Positions 10,371 through 22,829 of a stretch of DNA of 64,000 bases are shown one piece after another. Origin of the DNA: Thermoanaerobaculia bacterium (GTDB lineage: Bacteria > Acidobacteriota > Thermoanaerobaculia > Multivoradales > UBA5704); contig DASWME010000222.1 of NCBI GenBank assembly GCA_036399915.1, positions 7,164-71,163 on the forward strand. Direction: 5' to 3'. The position numbers were made by a program, and so were the translations under genes. Under the pieces are notes generated by a model. The model saw nothing but the letters and a program-made list of their open reading frames with translations, searched no databases and was not told the origin of the DNA. Each line of letters begins with the position of its first letter. Position 1 is the stretch's first letter.

Positions 10371-11594
10371 ATGAAAAGCGAACACCTGCGGTTCCCCGGC
10401 TCCCAGGGGCAGGAGCTGGCGGCGCGCCTCGACAGCCCGGTCGCGGCGCCCACGGCCTACGCTCTCTTCGCCCACTGCTTCACCTGCTCGAAGGACCTCA
10501 AGGCCGCCGGCTGGATCAGCCGCGCCCTCACTCGACGGGGAGTCGCCGTGCTGCGCCTCGACTTCACCGGCATCGGCGAGAGCGAGGGGGACTTCGCCGG
10601 CACCGACTTCTCGTCCAACGTCGACGATCTGGTGGCGGCCGCGGACTTCCTGCGCCGCGAGCGCGAGGCCCCGCTCCTGCTGGTCGGCCACAGCATTGGC
10701 GGGTGCGCCGCCCTGACGGCGGCGGAGCGGATCCCGGAGGCGCGCGCCGTGGTGACCCTCGGTACGCCCAGCGACACGGAGCACCTGCGGCAGGTCCTTC
10801 TCCATCTGGCTCCGGACCTGGAAGCCCGCGGCGAGGTCGAGGTGCGGCTCGGGGGCCGTCCGTTCCGCATCCGCAAGGAGCTTCTGGACAATCTGCGGAA
10901 GGATCACCTGCGGGGCGTCCTCGAAAGGCTTCACAAGGCCCTCCTCATCCTGCATTCGCCGGTGGACAACATCGTCGGCATCGACCACGCCCGCCGCCTC
11001 TTCGAGATGGCCAAGCATCCCAAGAGCTTCGTCTCCCTCGACACGGCGGACCACCTGCTCACCGACGAGCGGGACGCCCGCTACGCAGGCGAGGTTCTGG
11101 CCGTTTGGGCGGGACGGTATTTGGAAGGTGTTCAGTCCGAAGTGGAGACGGAACCGGAGATCGGCAAGGCGGGGGAGGTGCTGGTCATCGGCGGCGCGAG
11201 CGGCTTCGCGCAGGAGATCGTGGTCCGCCGCCATCGCCTGACCGCCGACGAGCCGAAGGAGGTGCCGGGCGGTGCCGACACGGGCCCGACTCCCTATGAC
11301 CTGCTGACCGCCGCCCTCGGAGCCTGCACGTCCATGACCCTGCGGATGTACGCCGACTTCAAGAAGCTCCCCCTGGAAGGGGTGCGGGTGCGGCTCCGTC
11401 ACGGCAAGATCCATGCTGCCGACTGTGCGAGCTGTGAGACCAAGGAGGGGAAGATCGACCGCATCGAGCGCGAGATCGAGGTGCTCGGACCGCTCACGGA
11501 GGAGCAGCGCCTCCGCCTCCTCGAGATCGCCGACCGCTGCCCCGTCCACAAGACGCTCAAGTCGGAGATCGAGATCGTCAGCCGGCTGAGCTGA
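10371..11594 (+). CDS. bifunctional alpha/beta-hydrolase / OsmC-family protein
   Basis: The N-terminus has [10 protein letters not shown]...GHSIGG (nucleophile elbow). The C-terminal OsmC/Ohr-like domain has [16 protein letters not shown]...CPVHKTL. The ATG at 10371 lies inside the longer ORF. Confidence 0.8.
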   Translation: MKSEHLRFPGSQGQELAARLDSPVAAPTAYALFAHCFTCSKDLKAAGWISRALTRRGVAVLRLDFTGIGESEGDFAGTDFSSNVDDLVAAADFLRREREAPLLLVGHSIGGCAALTAAERIPEARAVVTLGTPSDTEHLRQVLLHLAPDLEARGEVEVRLGGRPFRIRKELLDNLRKDHLRGVLERLHKALLILHSPVDNIVGIDHARRLFEMAKHPKSFVSLDTADHLLTDERDARYAGEVLAVWAGRYLEGVQSEVETEPEIGKAGEVLVIGGASGFAQEIVVRRHRLTADEPKEVPGGADTGPTPYDLLTAALGACTSMTLRMYADFKKLPLEGVRVRLRHGKIHAADCASCETKEGKIDRIEREIEVLGPLTEEQRLRLLEIADRCPVHKTLKSEIEIVSRLS

Positions 11595-12007
11595 AGCCCC
11601 GACCTCCCGAGGGTTCACCCCCGTCTCCGCGAGATGACAGGCGTCCGGTCCACCGGACGCCCCGGGCCCTCCTCTCGCTTCTCAAACCATTGAAAACAAA
11701 GGAGCGGCTCTGCCCGGCGGGGGCTGGCACGCTTCGTGGAATCCCAGGGGAACAAGCGCGGGTGGAAGAGAGACAGGAACGATTGACAGACGCGCGCCGG
11801 CTCTCCAGAGCGACGGCGCCCAGGATAGAACAAAGGCAATCTCCTCTCCCTCCGGTGCCGGGGCGGGTTTAATGCCCTCCGCCCGTCCCGGCCCTCTTTT
11901 TTTCCCTGTCCATCGACTTCAGAGGCCCATCTGTCTCCCTCGCGGCCGCTTCGCGCACTCCTCAGCTTTGGAGAGTCCAACATGATCAACGCTCAGGGAG
12001 GCGACAT

Positions 12008-12352
12008 ATGAGTGAGTTGGTACACAAGCTGGCCCAGGGAGACCACAAAGTCATCTTCCGGCCGATCCGGGACAACCCGCTCCAGGAGCTGCGCGACGCC
12101 ATCGGACGGAACTACGTGCACGTCAAATTTACTGAAACGCGCGGTGGAACCGAGCTTGGCTTCCCGCTCGACGACAAGAACTTCCCGAACGCCGACCTGG
12201 AGAAGGGGGAGGGGACCGTCCGCCTGAGCGGCCGGCTCAAGCTGGACGGCGTGCCCATCCGCGTCGTGGCCGACATCGACCTCGAGACAATGGCTGGCCT
12301 GGGGCACCTCGAGATCCTCGAGGAGGAGCCCAAGGCGGCTGCCGCGAACTGA
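12008..12352 (+). CDS. hypothetical protein (114 aa)
   Basis: GGGAGG lies 6-8 nt upstream of the ATG and codon bias is good. I recognise no family. It is preceded by a 413-bp non-coding leader. Confidence 0.55.
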   Translation: MSELVHKLAQGDHKVIFRPIRDNPLQELRDAIGRNYVHVKFTETRGGTELGFPLDDKNFPNADLEKGEGTVRLSGRLKLDGVPIRVVADIDLETMAGLGHLEILEEEPKAAAAN

Positions 12353-12513
12353 TCTCGCCTGGCGGGGCGGCTCGGCGGCCCTTCCCGGCGCCGAGCCCTG
12401 CCCCTCTTCTGGCGAGGCTTGTCTCTCACCCGCCACCCCGATAGAGTCGGTCTGCCCCTCCGCCGGCCGGGAGGAGCCAGGCGCGCGTCCTTGCAGAATA
12501 TAGCTGTTCATCA

Positions 12514-13851
12514 ATGGTTTCCGAGGCCCCGTATAATCGAACCGTGAGCGCGAACGCCGAGGGGGAGCCGCGCATCCTGCCGCGCTCCGAGCATCCGATC
12601 TCCCGCCGGTTCATCGACAAGAACCCTCTCAAGGTCCTCTACCGCCTCCACAACGCAGGCTACCTGGCCTACCTGGTGGGGGGGAGCGTGCGGGACCTGA
12701 TGATGGGCCGCACGCCCAAGGACTTCGACATCGGCACCAACGCCCGGCCGAACGAGATCCGTCGCCTGTTCTCGAACTCGCGGATCATCGGCCGGCGCTT
12801 CCGGCTGGTGCACGTCTTCTTCCATGACGGCAGCGTCGTCGAGGTCTCCACCTTCCGCCGCGATCCGGACCCCGAGGAGCAGCGGGGCGAGCCGGGGGAG
12901 CTGCTGATCACCAGCGACAACACCTGGGGCACCCCCCGCGAGGACGCCTTCCGCCGCGACTTCACGATCAACGCCCTCTTCTACGACATCGGCGACTACT
13001 CGGTCGTCGATCACGTGGGCGGCATCGAGGACCTGGAGCGGAAGCTGATCCGGGCCATCGGCGACCCGGAGGTGCGCTTCCGCGAGGATCCGGTGCGCAT
13101 GCTCCGCGCCTGCGAGTTTGCGGGACGGCTGGGGTTCGGCATCGAGGCGCGCACGCAGGAGGCGATCCACCGCCACAGCAGGGAGCTGGAGAAGGCCTCG
13201 CCGGCGCGGGTCACGGAGGAGGTCGTCCAGCTCCTCAAGTGCGGGCAGGCCGGGGCGGCCATGCAGTGGATGCTGGATCTCGGGCTGCTCGAGGTCTTGC
13301 TGCCGGAGGCGTACGCCATGCTCACCGCCGGCGCGCGGGGGCTGGGGGACTTCGGCCAGATCCTGCCGGTGATCGACCGCATGGTGGCCGCGGACCGTCC
13401 CCTCTCGGACACCGGCCTGCTCGCCGCCCTGCTGCTGCCCAAGATCATGCTCCGGCGCTTCGACGTCGAGGCGATGACGGGTAAGCCGATGAGCCGGGCG
13501 GCCATCGACGCCATGATCCAGGAGGAGGTCGCTCCCTTCTTCCAGCGCCTGACGATCTCCAACCTGCGCGCCCAGCAGGTGCTCCACGCCCTGGTGGGCT
13601 TCCAGCGGCTGTGCGAGCCCCGCTGGTCCCCCCACGAGCGGGTGCGCTACGCCCGCAAGCCCTGGTTCAACGACGCCCTGCTCCTGTTCGAGATCCTCGT
13701 CCAGGCTACCGGGGAGGGGCAGGAGGCGCTCGCCGAATGGCAGGCCGCGGCGCGCCGCCGCCCGCCCCTCAAGGCCCCCGCCGAGAGCGAGAGGCGCGTG
13801 GCGCGCCCCCGCCCCAGGCGCCGCCGGCGGCGGCGCGGTCCCGCCTTGTGA
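12514..13851 (+). CDS. pcnB: poly(A) polymerase I / tRNA nucleotidyltransferase family
   Basis: LVGGSVRDLMMGRTPKDFDIGT...RIIGRRFRLVHV...EVSTFRR is the PcnB-type head domain. There is an Arg-rich C-terminal tail. Confidence 0.85.
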   Translation: MVSEAPYNRTVSANAEGEPRILPRSEHPISRRFIDKNPLKVLYRLHNAGYLAYLVGGSVRDLMMGRTPKDFDIGTNARPNEIRRLFSNSRIIGRRFRLVHVFFHDGSVVEVSTFRRDPDPEEQRGEPGELLITSDNTWGTPREDAFRRDFTINALFYDIGDYSVVDHVGGIEDLERKLIRAIGDPEVRFREDPVRMLRACEFAGRLGFGIEARTQEAIHRHSRELEKASPARVTEEVVQLLKCGQAGAAMQWMLDLGLLEVLLPEAYAMLTAGARGLGDFGQILPVIDRMVAADRPLSDTGLLAALLLPKIMLRRFDVEAMTGKPMSRAAIDAMIQEEVAPFFQRLTISNLRAQQVLHALVGFQRLCEPRWSPHERVRYARKPWFNDALLLFEILVQATGEGQEALAEWQAAARRRPPLKAPAESERRVARPRPRRRRRRRGPAL

Positions 13852-13922
13852 CAGATGTCACAACCCGGGCGCGATCTGGCATAGGATAGGCCCGGGGTCC
13901 GAGCGTGCCTTGAGGAAAACCC

Positions 13923-14639
13923 ATGTCCTGGTTCACTGACCTCTATCGATCCGCGGTGGGCAAGAAGGCGGTGATGGCCATCACCGGCATCATCCTCTTC
14001 GGCTTCGTCCTGCTGCACCTGATCGGCAACCTCAAGCTGTACGAAGCCGGCGAGTACATGCAGTATGTGGACGGCGCCTACAAGCCCATGCGGTATCTCG
14101 ACGCCTACGGCTTCTTCCTGCGCCACGTGGGGGAGCCGCTGGTGCCGGCCTACACCCTGCTCTGGATCTTCCGCTCCGTCCTCCTGATCGCCGTGGCGCT
14201 CCACATCTGGGCCGCCTGGCAGGTGACGAAGATGAGCCAGGCGGCCCGCCCGCGCGACTACGTGAGCCGTCCGAAGATCCACACCACCTATGCTTCCCGG
14301 ACGATGCGGTGGGGCGGAGTCATCCTCCTCCTCTTCATCATCTACCACCTCCTGCACTTCACGACCGGGACGGTCCACCCCGACTTCCAGGAGGGGAGCG
14401 TCTACCACAACGTGGTGACCGGCTTCAGCGTCTGGTACGTGTCGCTCTTCTACATCGTGGCCCAGACGGCACTGGGGTTCCACCTCTACCACGGCCTGTG
14501 GAGCATGTTCCAGTCGCTGGGATGGAACCACCCGCGCTTCAACACCTGGCGCCGGTACTTCGCCGTCGCCTTTGCCTGGATCATCACCCTCGGCAACATC
14601 TCATTCCCGGTGGCCGTGCTGACCGGCCTGGTCCGTTAG
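13923..14639 (+). CDS. sdhC: succinate dehydrogenase cytochrome b558 subunit
   Basis: It is a five-TM protein (SAVGKKAVMAITGIILFGFVLLHLIGNL) lying directly upstream of sdhA and sdhB. Confidence 0.85.
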   Translation: MSWFTDLYRSAVGKKAVMAITGIILFGFVLLHLIGNLKLYEAGEYMQYVDGAYKPMRYLDAYGFFLRHVGEPLVPAYTLLWIFRSVLLIAVALHIWAAWQVTKMSQAARPRDYVSRPKIHTTYASRTMRWGGVILLLFIIYHLLHFTTGTVHPDFQEGSVYHNVVTGFSVWYVSLFYIVAQTALGFHLYHGLWSMFQSLGWNHPRFNTWRRYFAVAFAWIITLGNISFPVAVLTGLVR

Positions 14640-14651
14640 GAGCGCCGCGTC

Positions 14652-16564
<1,913 letters not shown>

Positions 16565-16565
<1 letters not shown>

Positions 16566-17317
16566 TGAACCTGACCCTCCACGTCTGGCGCCAGAAGAGC
16601 CCTGCGGACGAGGGGCGCATGGAGACATACGAGGTCCGGGACGTCAACGAGCACGCCTCGTTCCTCGAGATGCTGGACGTCTTGAACGAGCAGCTCGCCG
16701 GGCGGGGAGTCGAGCCCATCGCCTTCGAGCACGACTGCCGCGAAGGGATCTGCGGCTCCTGCGGCTTCATGATCAACGGTGAGGCGCACGGGCCGCTGCC
16801 CGCCACCACGGTGTGCCAGCTCCACATGCGCCACTTCCGGGACGGCGACGTGCTCCATCTCGAGCCCTGGCGCTGCAAGGCCTTCCCGGTGGTCAAGGAC
16901 CTGGTGGTCGACCGCGGCGCCTTCGACCGCATCGTCCAGGCCGGCGGCTTCATCTCGGTCGCGACGGGCAGTGCTCCCGAGGCGAACCTGATCCCGGTGC
17001 CGAAGCCCCTCGCCGACCGCGCCTTCGACGCCGCCCAGTGCATCGCCTGCGGCGCCTGCGTGGCCCAGTGCCCGAACGGCGCGGCGCAGCTCTTCACCGC
17101 GGCCAAGGTCTCGCACTTGAACCTGCTGCCGCAGGGCCAGCCCGAGCGCTTCGACCGCGCCCTCGCCATGGTCGAGGCCATGGAGAAGGAGGGCTTCGGC
17201 GCCTGCTCCAACTTCGCCGAGTGCGAAGCCGTCTGCCCCAAAGAGATCTCGATCGACTTCATCGCGCGGATGAACCGGGACTACCTGAAGGGGAAAGCCA
17301 AGAACCCCCACGCCTAG
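16565..17317 (+). CDS. sdhB: succinate dehydrogenase iron-sulfur subunit
   Basis: It has [10 protein letters not shown] plus [12 protein letters not shown] and C..C..CP clusters. The ATG overlaps the sdhA stop. Confidence 0.9.
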
Positions 17318-17328
17318 GGGTGCTCCGC

Positions 17329-18540
17329 TTACTTTTTCGCGAACCGCCGCACGTAGATGGTGCTTTGGTCGTAAGGAAATATGGCGGCCACCCAGGCGAC
17401 GAGCCACGAGTCTCCCGTCCAGGCTAGGTCGCCTTCCCTGGGCTGGCTGCGTCCCCAAGGATCTTCATTGATGTCGCTGTTTACGTCCACCGGCGGCCCC
17501 AGGGGCGTACCCTGCGGATCGAAGAGCCGGAGCCGGAGAGCGCTGAATCCTTCTCCCCAGAGCAACACCAGATTCCCCGTATCGTCGAACGCCATGGACT
17601 GGGGACCCCCACCGTCATCGAAACCCTCGGACGTGATGGCCGCGACCTCGGGGCCCAACGGGGTGCCCGCCGCATTGAACCAGCGCAGATAGATCGTCTG
17701 GTGGACCCGCCAGGCGACGACGAAGCCTCCGCCGGGAGCGGCGGCGACCTTGAATGCGGGGCAGGAGGATGTGTCGAGCACCCCCAGGGGTATCGTATTG
17801 ACGTCGAAATCGGGCCCCAGAGGCTTTCCGGAAGGGGAGAACCGGCGGGCGCGCAGGACCGCGGTCCCGGAGCTCCCCGGCATGATCCCGAGCCAGACCG
17901 CGACGAAACTTGCATTGGCGAGGCCCACGACGGACACGCCCGCCGGATGATCGACCAGACGGCTGTTCAGACGCAACTCCGGCCCCGTCCGCTGGCCTGA
18001 GGCCGTGAGGCGCCGGGCCGCGATGCCATGCTTGCTCGGCAGCGACCAGCCGGCCATGAATCCGTTGCCCCGGACCTGCCAGACCCATTCGGTACCGGCT
18101 CCTCCCAAACGGACCGGCTTGCCCTGGGGCCTGCCCCGCAGATTCAGGTGGCCCCGGTAGAAGAGCGTCGGCTCGTCCTCGTATTGCACGGTATGCCAGA
18201 TCACGTCGAAGCCCTGCTGTCCCGCCGTGACGGCATCCACGTCAGGAACGCCGGTCGGGCTCTGGAGCACCCCCTCACCCTCATCCTCGGGCCCTTCGCC
18301 CGCGGGGATGTAGAGGTAACTGAAGGTTCCGTCTATGTTTGAAAGGGTGTCATCATCCCAAGCGACGACATAGGAGCCGTCGGGCTGGGCGGCCACCGCG
18401 GGAGGGTTGGAGAACACGTCGGCGTACAGCTCCTCCTCGGGGCCGAGCGGCACCAGTTGAGCCGCGAGCGCGCGGTGGCCCGTCGCGCCGAGCCATGCCG
18501 AGGTGAGGAGCAGGAAGAGCGCGAAGCGGGTTCTGTTCAT
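17329..18540 (-). CDS. secreted repeat protein (beta-propeller-like R-x-F-x-x-x-G-x-P-x-G-P-E repeats)
   Basis: A signal peptide MNRTRFALFLLLTSAWLGA is followed by repeated blocks RRLTASGQRTGPELRLNS, RRFSPSGKPLGPDFDVNT, RWFNAAGTPLGPEVAAIT and RLFDPQGTPLGPPVDVNS, each followed by G.FVVAW-like strands. Confidence 0.7.
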   Translation of the reverse strand: MNRTRFALFLLLTSAWLGATGHRALAAQLVPLGPEEELYADVFSNPPAVAAQPDGSYVVAWDDDTLSNIDGTFSYLYIPAGEGPEDEGEGVLQSPTGVPDVDAVTAGQQGFDVIWHTVQYEDEPTLFYRGHLNLRGRPQGKPVRLGGAGTEWVWQVRGNGFMAGWSLPSKHGIAARRLTASGQRTGPELRLNSRLVDHPAGVSVVGLANASFVAVWLGIMPGSSGTAVLRARRFSPSGKPLGPDFDVNTIPLGVLDTSSCPAFKVAAAPGGGFVVAWRVHQTIYLRWFNAAGTPLGPEVAAITSEGFDDGGGPQSMAFDDTGNLVLLWGEGFSALRLRLFDPQGTPLGPPVDVNSDINEDPWGRSQPREGDLAWTGDSWLVAWVAAIFPYDQSTIYVRRFAKK

Positions 18541-18782
18541 GAAGTTATGATACTTGCGAAACAGGCGCCAGAGAACAGGTGGAGAACAGGTGCCGCAGGC
18601 GACAGCTTGGCGGGTCGGAGCGAGGCCGAGGCCCGCTTCGGCTTCTTCCTGGAGGCTCTGCGCTATTGCTGAGCGGGGGCGGGTAGGGAGAGAGGTTCCC
18701 TGATCCCGCGTCGAGGCTTTCCTTCCGTCATCTCCTTGCAATATCTTTGACGGATCTTGGGGAGACTCCTATACTCGGAGCC

Positions 18783-19697
18783 ATGGCCGAGCCCGCGTGG
18801 AAGACGCCCCCTGAGGACAGCGACGAGCCCGATTTCGGGCTCCCGGATGACGATCGGGAAGAGGGCGTCTACCTCCAGCGCGTTGTCGAGCGTCCCGACG
18901 GCACCCGGGAGCTCCTCGACATCCCTCTGACGCCGGAGGACTTTCTCAATCCGCAGTACGGGGACAAGTGGGTGCAAGGAAGACCTCACGGCCGCACCTG
19001 CCTCTATTTCTCCGACGTCCTGGAGCGCCATCTCCGCTTCGACGAGAGCCTCCTGGTCCTTTACGACGTCAGGCTCCTCTCCGGCCCGGGCCGCGACGGG
19101 CCCGCTCCGGACGTGATGGTCGTGCGGGGGGCGCGCGATCCCGACCCGGACCTGTCGAGCTTCGACGTGGCCAAGCAGGGGACCGTCCCCTGCCTGATCG
19201 TCGAGGTCCTCTCCCCCACGAGCAAGCGGATCCGCAACACGGACGTGAAGGACAAGAAGGGGCTCTACCAGCGGCTGGGCATCCCGGAGTACCTGATGGT
19301 GGACCTGCCCCGGCGGAGCACCGAGTACCGCTTCGTGCTCCGGGGCTACCGCCTGGGTCCATACGGTCGTTACCGGAAGATCCCGCCGGACTCCGAAGGC
19401 CGGCTGCTCTCGGAGACCACGGAGGTCCTATTCGGCGTCTCCGCAGATGGCCAGAGGGTCGAGCTGTTCGACGCCCGGACGGGGGAGCGGCTCTTGAACT
19501 CCCGCGAGGAAGAGGAGGGCCGGAAGGCCGAACGAGCAGCCCGGAAGGCGGCCGAAGCGAGGGCAGCGCGGGAGGCGAAGACCCGAAAAGTGGTTGAGGA
19601 GAGGGCTGCCAAGGAGGTGGCGGCCCGGAAGGCCGCCGAAGAGGAGCTGAAGCGGCTGCGGGCAGAGATCGAACGGTTGAAGGCGTCCGGACGCTGA
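18783..19697 (+). CDS. Uma2-family (DUF820, PD-(D/E)xK) endonuclease with C-terminal Ala/Lys/Glu coiled coil
   Basis: PDVMVV....VPCLIVEVLSPTS....D...K...Y...GIPEYLMVD is the core. The tail is KAERAARKAAEARAAREAK...LKRLRAEIERLK. An alternative TTG start lies at 18747. Confidence 0.7.
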   Translation: MAEPAWKTPPEDSDEPDFGLPDDDREEGVYLQRVVERPDGTRELLDIPLTPEDFLNPQYGDKWVQGRPHGRTCLYFSDVLERHLRFDESLLVLYDVRLLSGPGRDGPAPDVMVVRGARDPDPDLSSFDVAKQGTVPCLIVEVLSPTSKRIRNTDVKDKKGLYQRLGIPEYLMVDLPRRSTEYRFVLRGYRLGPYGRYRKIPPDSEGRLLSETTEVLFGVSADGQRVELFDARTGERLLNSREEEEGRKAERAARKAAEARAAREAKTRKVVEERAAKEVAARKAAEEELKRLRAEIERLKASGR

Positions 19698-19811
19698 AGC
19701 CTGCGGCTCGGCTCCTCGCCGCCACGCCACGCCGCGCCTTGACTCCCCCTCGTCCCAGCGGTATTTTGACCCTCAAGTCCACCTTCCTGCTGGTCACGAA
19801 AGGGGGTCGAG

Positions 19812-22775
19812 ATGTCGCGACGTTGGGGCGTGCACATATTGGCCTTGGGTCTGATCCTCTCCTGGATTCCGGGCGCCTTCGCTCAGTCGCAGGCGACGAC
19901 CGGCGTCATCGAGGGGACCGTCGCGGACGAGACCGGCGGCGTGCTGCCGGGAGCGACGGTCACCCTGCGGAACACGGCGACCAATTACGAGCAGGTCGTC
20001 ACCACCGGTCCCGACGGCCGCTTCCGGGCGGTGCTGCTGCCGCTCGGGCCGTACCGGATCACGGTCGAGTTGGAGGGGTTCGCACGGCTGGTCCGCGAGG
20101 GGATCGATCTCGCGGTCGGCCAGACCATCAACCTCAAGCTGACGCTGCAGATCTCCGCCGTCGAAGAGGAGATCACGGTCACCGCCGAGGCGCCGGTGAT
20201 CGAGACCAGCCGCACCGAGGGGACGGTCCGCATCGACACCGACGCCGTCGAGGGGCTCCCCAACAACGGCCGCAACTTCCTCGACTACACCAAGCTCACT
20301 CCCGGCGTGACCATCGTGCAGGGCCCCGACGGCGACGAGCTGTCGATCAACGGCCAGAAGGGCATCGCCAACAACATCTCGGTGGACGGCGCCGACTTCA
20401 ACAACCCCTTCTTCGGCGAGCAGCGCGGTGGCCAGCGCCCGCCCTTCACCTTCAATCTCGACGCGGTGAAGGAGGTAGTGGTGGTGGCCGACGGCGCGCC
20501 GGCCGAGTTCGGGCGCTCCTCGGGTGGCTTCGTCAACGTGGTCACCAAGTCGGGCACCAACCAGCTCTCCGGCACCGCCCACGGCTTCTTCAAGAACGAC
20601 AGCCTGTCCTCGGATCCGCAGAAGCCGGGCGGCGGCAGAATCCCGAAGGGCGACTCCAGCCAGACCCAGTTCGGCTTCACGCTCGGCGGGCCGCTCCAGC
20701 AGGACAAGGTGTTCTACTTCCTCGCCGCCGACGCGCAGCGCGGCGACGAGACCAAGCAGACCCAGGCCGGCCGCATGGACGCGCGGCTGGTCGACTTCCT
20801 CAACTCGATCGGCATTCCGCAAGACGACGGCCCGATCGAGCGCACCAACGACGCGGAGGTGGCGCTCGCCAAGCTCGACTGGACGGTGTCGGAGTCCAAT
20901 CTCTTCACCATCCGCTACTCCTATACCAACTCCGAGCAGCTCAACGGCACCTTCGATGTCGACTCCTATGGCCGCTCCTCGAACGGCGTCGAGAAGGACT
21001 ATTCGCACGCCGGCACCATCACCTGGATCTCGACGCTTTCTTCCTCGAACCTCAACGAGCTGCGCGCCCAGTACGCCAAGGAATGGCGGCCGCGGCCCTA
21101 CGAGGGGCCGGACATCCCGGGCCAGGACCGGCCGTTCCCGGATACCTCGATCCTGTCGGTTGACAACCGCTTCGGCCTGCCGTTCTTCCTGCCCATCGAG
21201 TACGACGACGACCGCAAACAGCTGACCGACAACTTCTCGATGCTGCGCACCAAGCACAACATCAAGATGGGCTTCGACTACAACGAAGTGGCGTCGGGGC
21301 AGACTTTCATCGGCTTCGCCAACGGCAAGTTCTTCTTCACCAGCGTGGACGGCTTCATCAACTACTTCAACAATCCGCGCTACGTCGAGTGCTCGAACGC
21401 CGCCGGCCAGTTCGTCACCGGCTCGCAGAGCGGCGTCTGCCCGGCGGGCCTGACGGTCTCCGGCCCGGTGATCCTCTACCTGCAACAGGCGGGCGTCGGC
21501 AACCTGACGGTGGAGGACGCCGGCACGCAGACCATCAAGCAGAAGGAGCCGGCGCTCTTCGTGCAGGACGAGTGGCACCCGGCCGCCAACCTGACCGTCC
21601 AGATGGGGCTGCGCTGGGAGGGCCTCGACAACCCGGACCCGCGCACCCCGCCCGATCAGGTCTTCTTCGCGCCGTTCATCGGCCAGACCCGCAACGGCCA
21701 GGAATTCCCCTCGGACGGCAACATCCCCGACGACTGGGAGATGTGGCAGCCGCGCCTCGGCATCTCGTGGGCGCCCGACGACAAGAGCGTGGTGCGCATG
21801 ACCGCCGGCGTCTTCCACGCCCGCCTGCCGGCCTTGAACCTGGCCTCGACGCGCTCGACCAACGGCTCGATCGGCCAGACGCTCTTCCGCAACAGCTTCC
21901 TGGGCTCGATCGGTGTGCTGCCGCCGCCGCCGGACTACCGCACCTTGATCGATGCGCGCGGCGCGCCGGTTTTCTTCCCCGACGTCTTCGTCTACGACAA
22001 GGACTGGCAGACTCCGCGCACCACGGCGACCTCGCTCTCCTGGGAGCGTGAGGTGACGACCGGTCTGGCGCTGCTCGTCAAGGGCAACTACGCCAAGACC
22101 GACCACATCACGCGCTTCATCAACCGCAACGACGCGCGCTTCGGCTCGCCCTGGAGCTCCGGTCTGCCGCCGGGCGGCGCCAACGGCATCAACACCCTGA
22201 CCTCGGTCGAGTCCACCGCCAAGAGCCGCTACTGGGGCGTGACGGTGGGCGCCAACAAGCGGCTGACGGACAACTACTCCTTCCAGGCCTACTACACCTA
22301 CTCGCAGGACAAGTCGGACGACGACAACGAACGCGACCCATTCACCTTCCGCTACGTCGACCCCCGGCACCTCGACCGCGAGTACAACTGGTCCGACCGC
22401 GACCAGCGCCATCGCTTCAACGGGCTGGCGCTCTTCCGCCTGCCCTGGGGTCTGGATCTGAACGCCCGCTATTCCTACCGCTCGGCGCAGCCTAAATCGG
22501 TCGCCAACCGCGTGCGACCCGACGGCACCATCATCCTGCGCAACACGCTGCGCAAGGACAACGAGTTCAACTCGCTCGACCTGCGGCTGTCGAAGGACAT
22601 CGCAGTGGGCGGCCTGCACATCGAGCCGATCCTCGAGGTCTTCAACGTCTTCGACGAGCCGAACTTCCTGCGCCCGGAGGTCACCAACGGCGTCGCGACG
22701 AGCTTCGACGGCACCATCCGCTCGGGCGGCGGCGACCCGCGGCAGGTGCAGTTGGGGTTGCGGGTGCTCTTCTAG
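19812..22775 (+). CDS. TonB-dependent receptor with N-terminal carboxypeptidase-regulatory-like domain
   Basis: The order is signal peptide, then GVIEGTVADETGGVLPGATVTLRN, then plug (NGRNFLDYTKLTPGV, INGQKG), then a long beta-barrel ending in ...LGLRVLF. Confidence 0.9.
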   Translation: MSRRWGVHILALGLILSWIPGAFAQSQATTGVIEGTVADETGGVLPGATVTLRNTATNYEQVVTTGPDGRFRAVLLPLGPYRITVELEGFARLVREGIDLAVGQTINLKLTLQISAVEEEITVTAEAPVIETSRTEGTVRIDTDAVEGLPNNGRNFLDYTKLTPGVTIVQGPDGDELSINGQKGIANNISVDGADFNNPFFGEQRGGQRPPFTFNLDAVKEVVVVADGAPAEFGRSSGGFVNVVTKSGTNQLSGTAHGFFKNDSLSSDPQKPGGGRIPKGDSSQTQFGFTLGGPLQQDKVFYFLAADAQRGDETKQTQAGRMDARLVDFLNSIGIPQDDGPIERTNDAEVALAKLDWTVSESNLFTIRYSYTNSEQLNGTFDVDSYGRSSNGVEKDYSHAGTITWISTLSSSNLNELRAQYAKEWRPRPYEGPDIPGQDRPFPDTSILSVDNRFGLPFFLPIEYDDDRKQLTDNFSMLRTKHNIKMGFDYNEVASGQTFIGFANGKFFFTSVDGFINYFNNPRYVECSNAAGQFVTGSQSGVCPAGLTVSGPVILYLQQAGVGNLTVEDAGTQTIKQKEPALFVQDEWHPAANLTVQMGLRWEGLDNPDPRTPPDQVFFAPFIGQTRNGQEFPSDGNIPDDWEMWQPRLGISWAPDDKSVVRMTAGVFHARLPALNLASTRSTNGSIGQTLFRNSFLGSIGVLPPPPDYRTLIDARGAPVFFPDVFVYDKDWQTPRTTATSLSWEREVTTGLALLVKGNYAKTDHITRFINRNDARFGSPWSSGLPPGGANGINTLTSVESTAKSRYWGVTVGANKRLTDNYSFQAYYTYSQDKSDDDNERDPFTFRYVDPRHLDREYNWSDRDQRHRFNGLALFRLPWGLDLNARYSYRSAQPKSVANRVRPDGTIILRNTLRKDNEFNSLDLRLSKDIAVGGLHIEPILEVFNVFDEPNFLRPEVTNGVATSFDGTIRSGGGDPRQVQLGLRVLF

Positions 22776-22800
22776 GCTTCAGGACAACGACCTGATCGAG

Positions 22801-22829
22801 ACGCCCGGCGGGAGCCGGGCGTTTTCGTT
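22801..22829 (+). terminator. intrinsic terminator after the TonB-dependent receptor gene
   Basis: The sequence acgcccggc-ggga-gccgggcgt forms a 9-bp GC stem and is followed by tttcgtt. Confidence 0.7.

Noticed and set aside
11716-11733. A sigma-54 promoter-like TGGCACG-N4-GTGG near the NtrC-family regulator theme.
   Set aside because: The -12 element lacks the conserved GC (it reads GTGG instead of TTGC), and the site is ~275 nt from the nearest start codon.
11861-11905. An intrinsic terminator (GGGCGG...CCGCCC followed by T7) that would define a small RNA end.
   Set aside because: The T-run begins ~13 nt after the 6-bp stem and the loop is 11-12 nt. This is too weak to call.
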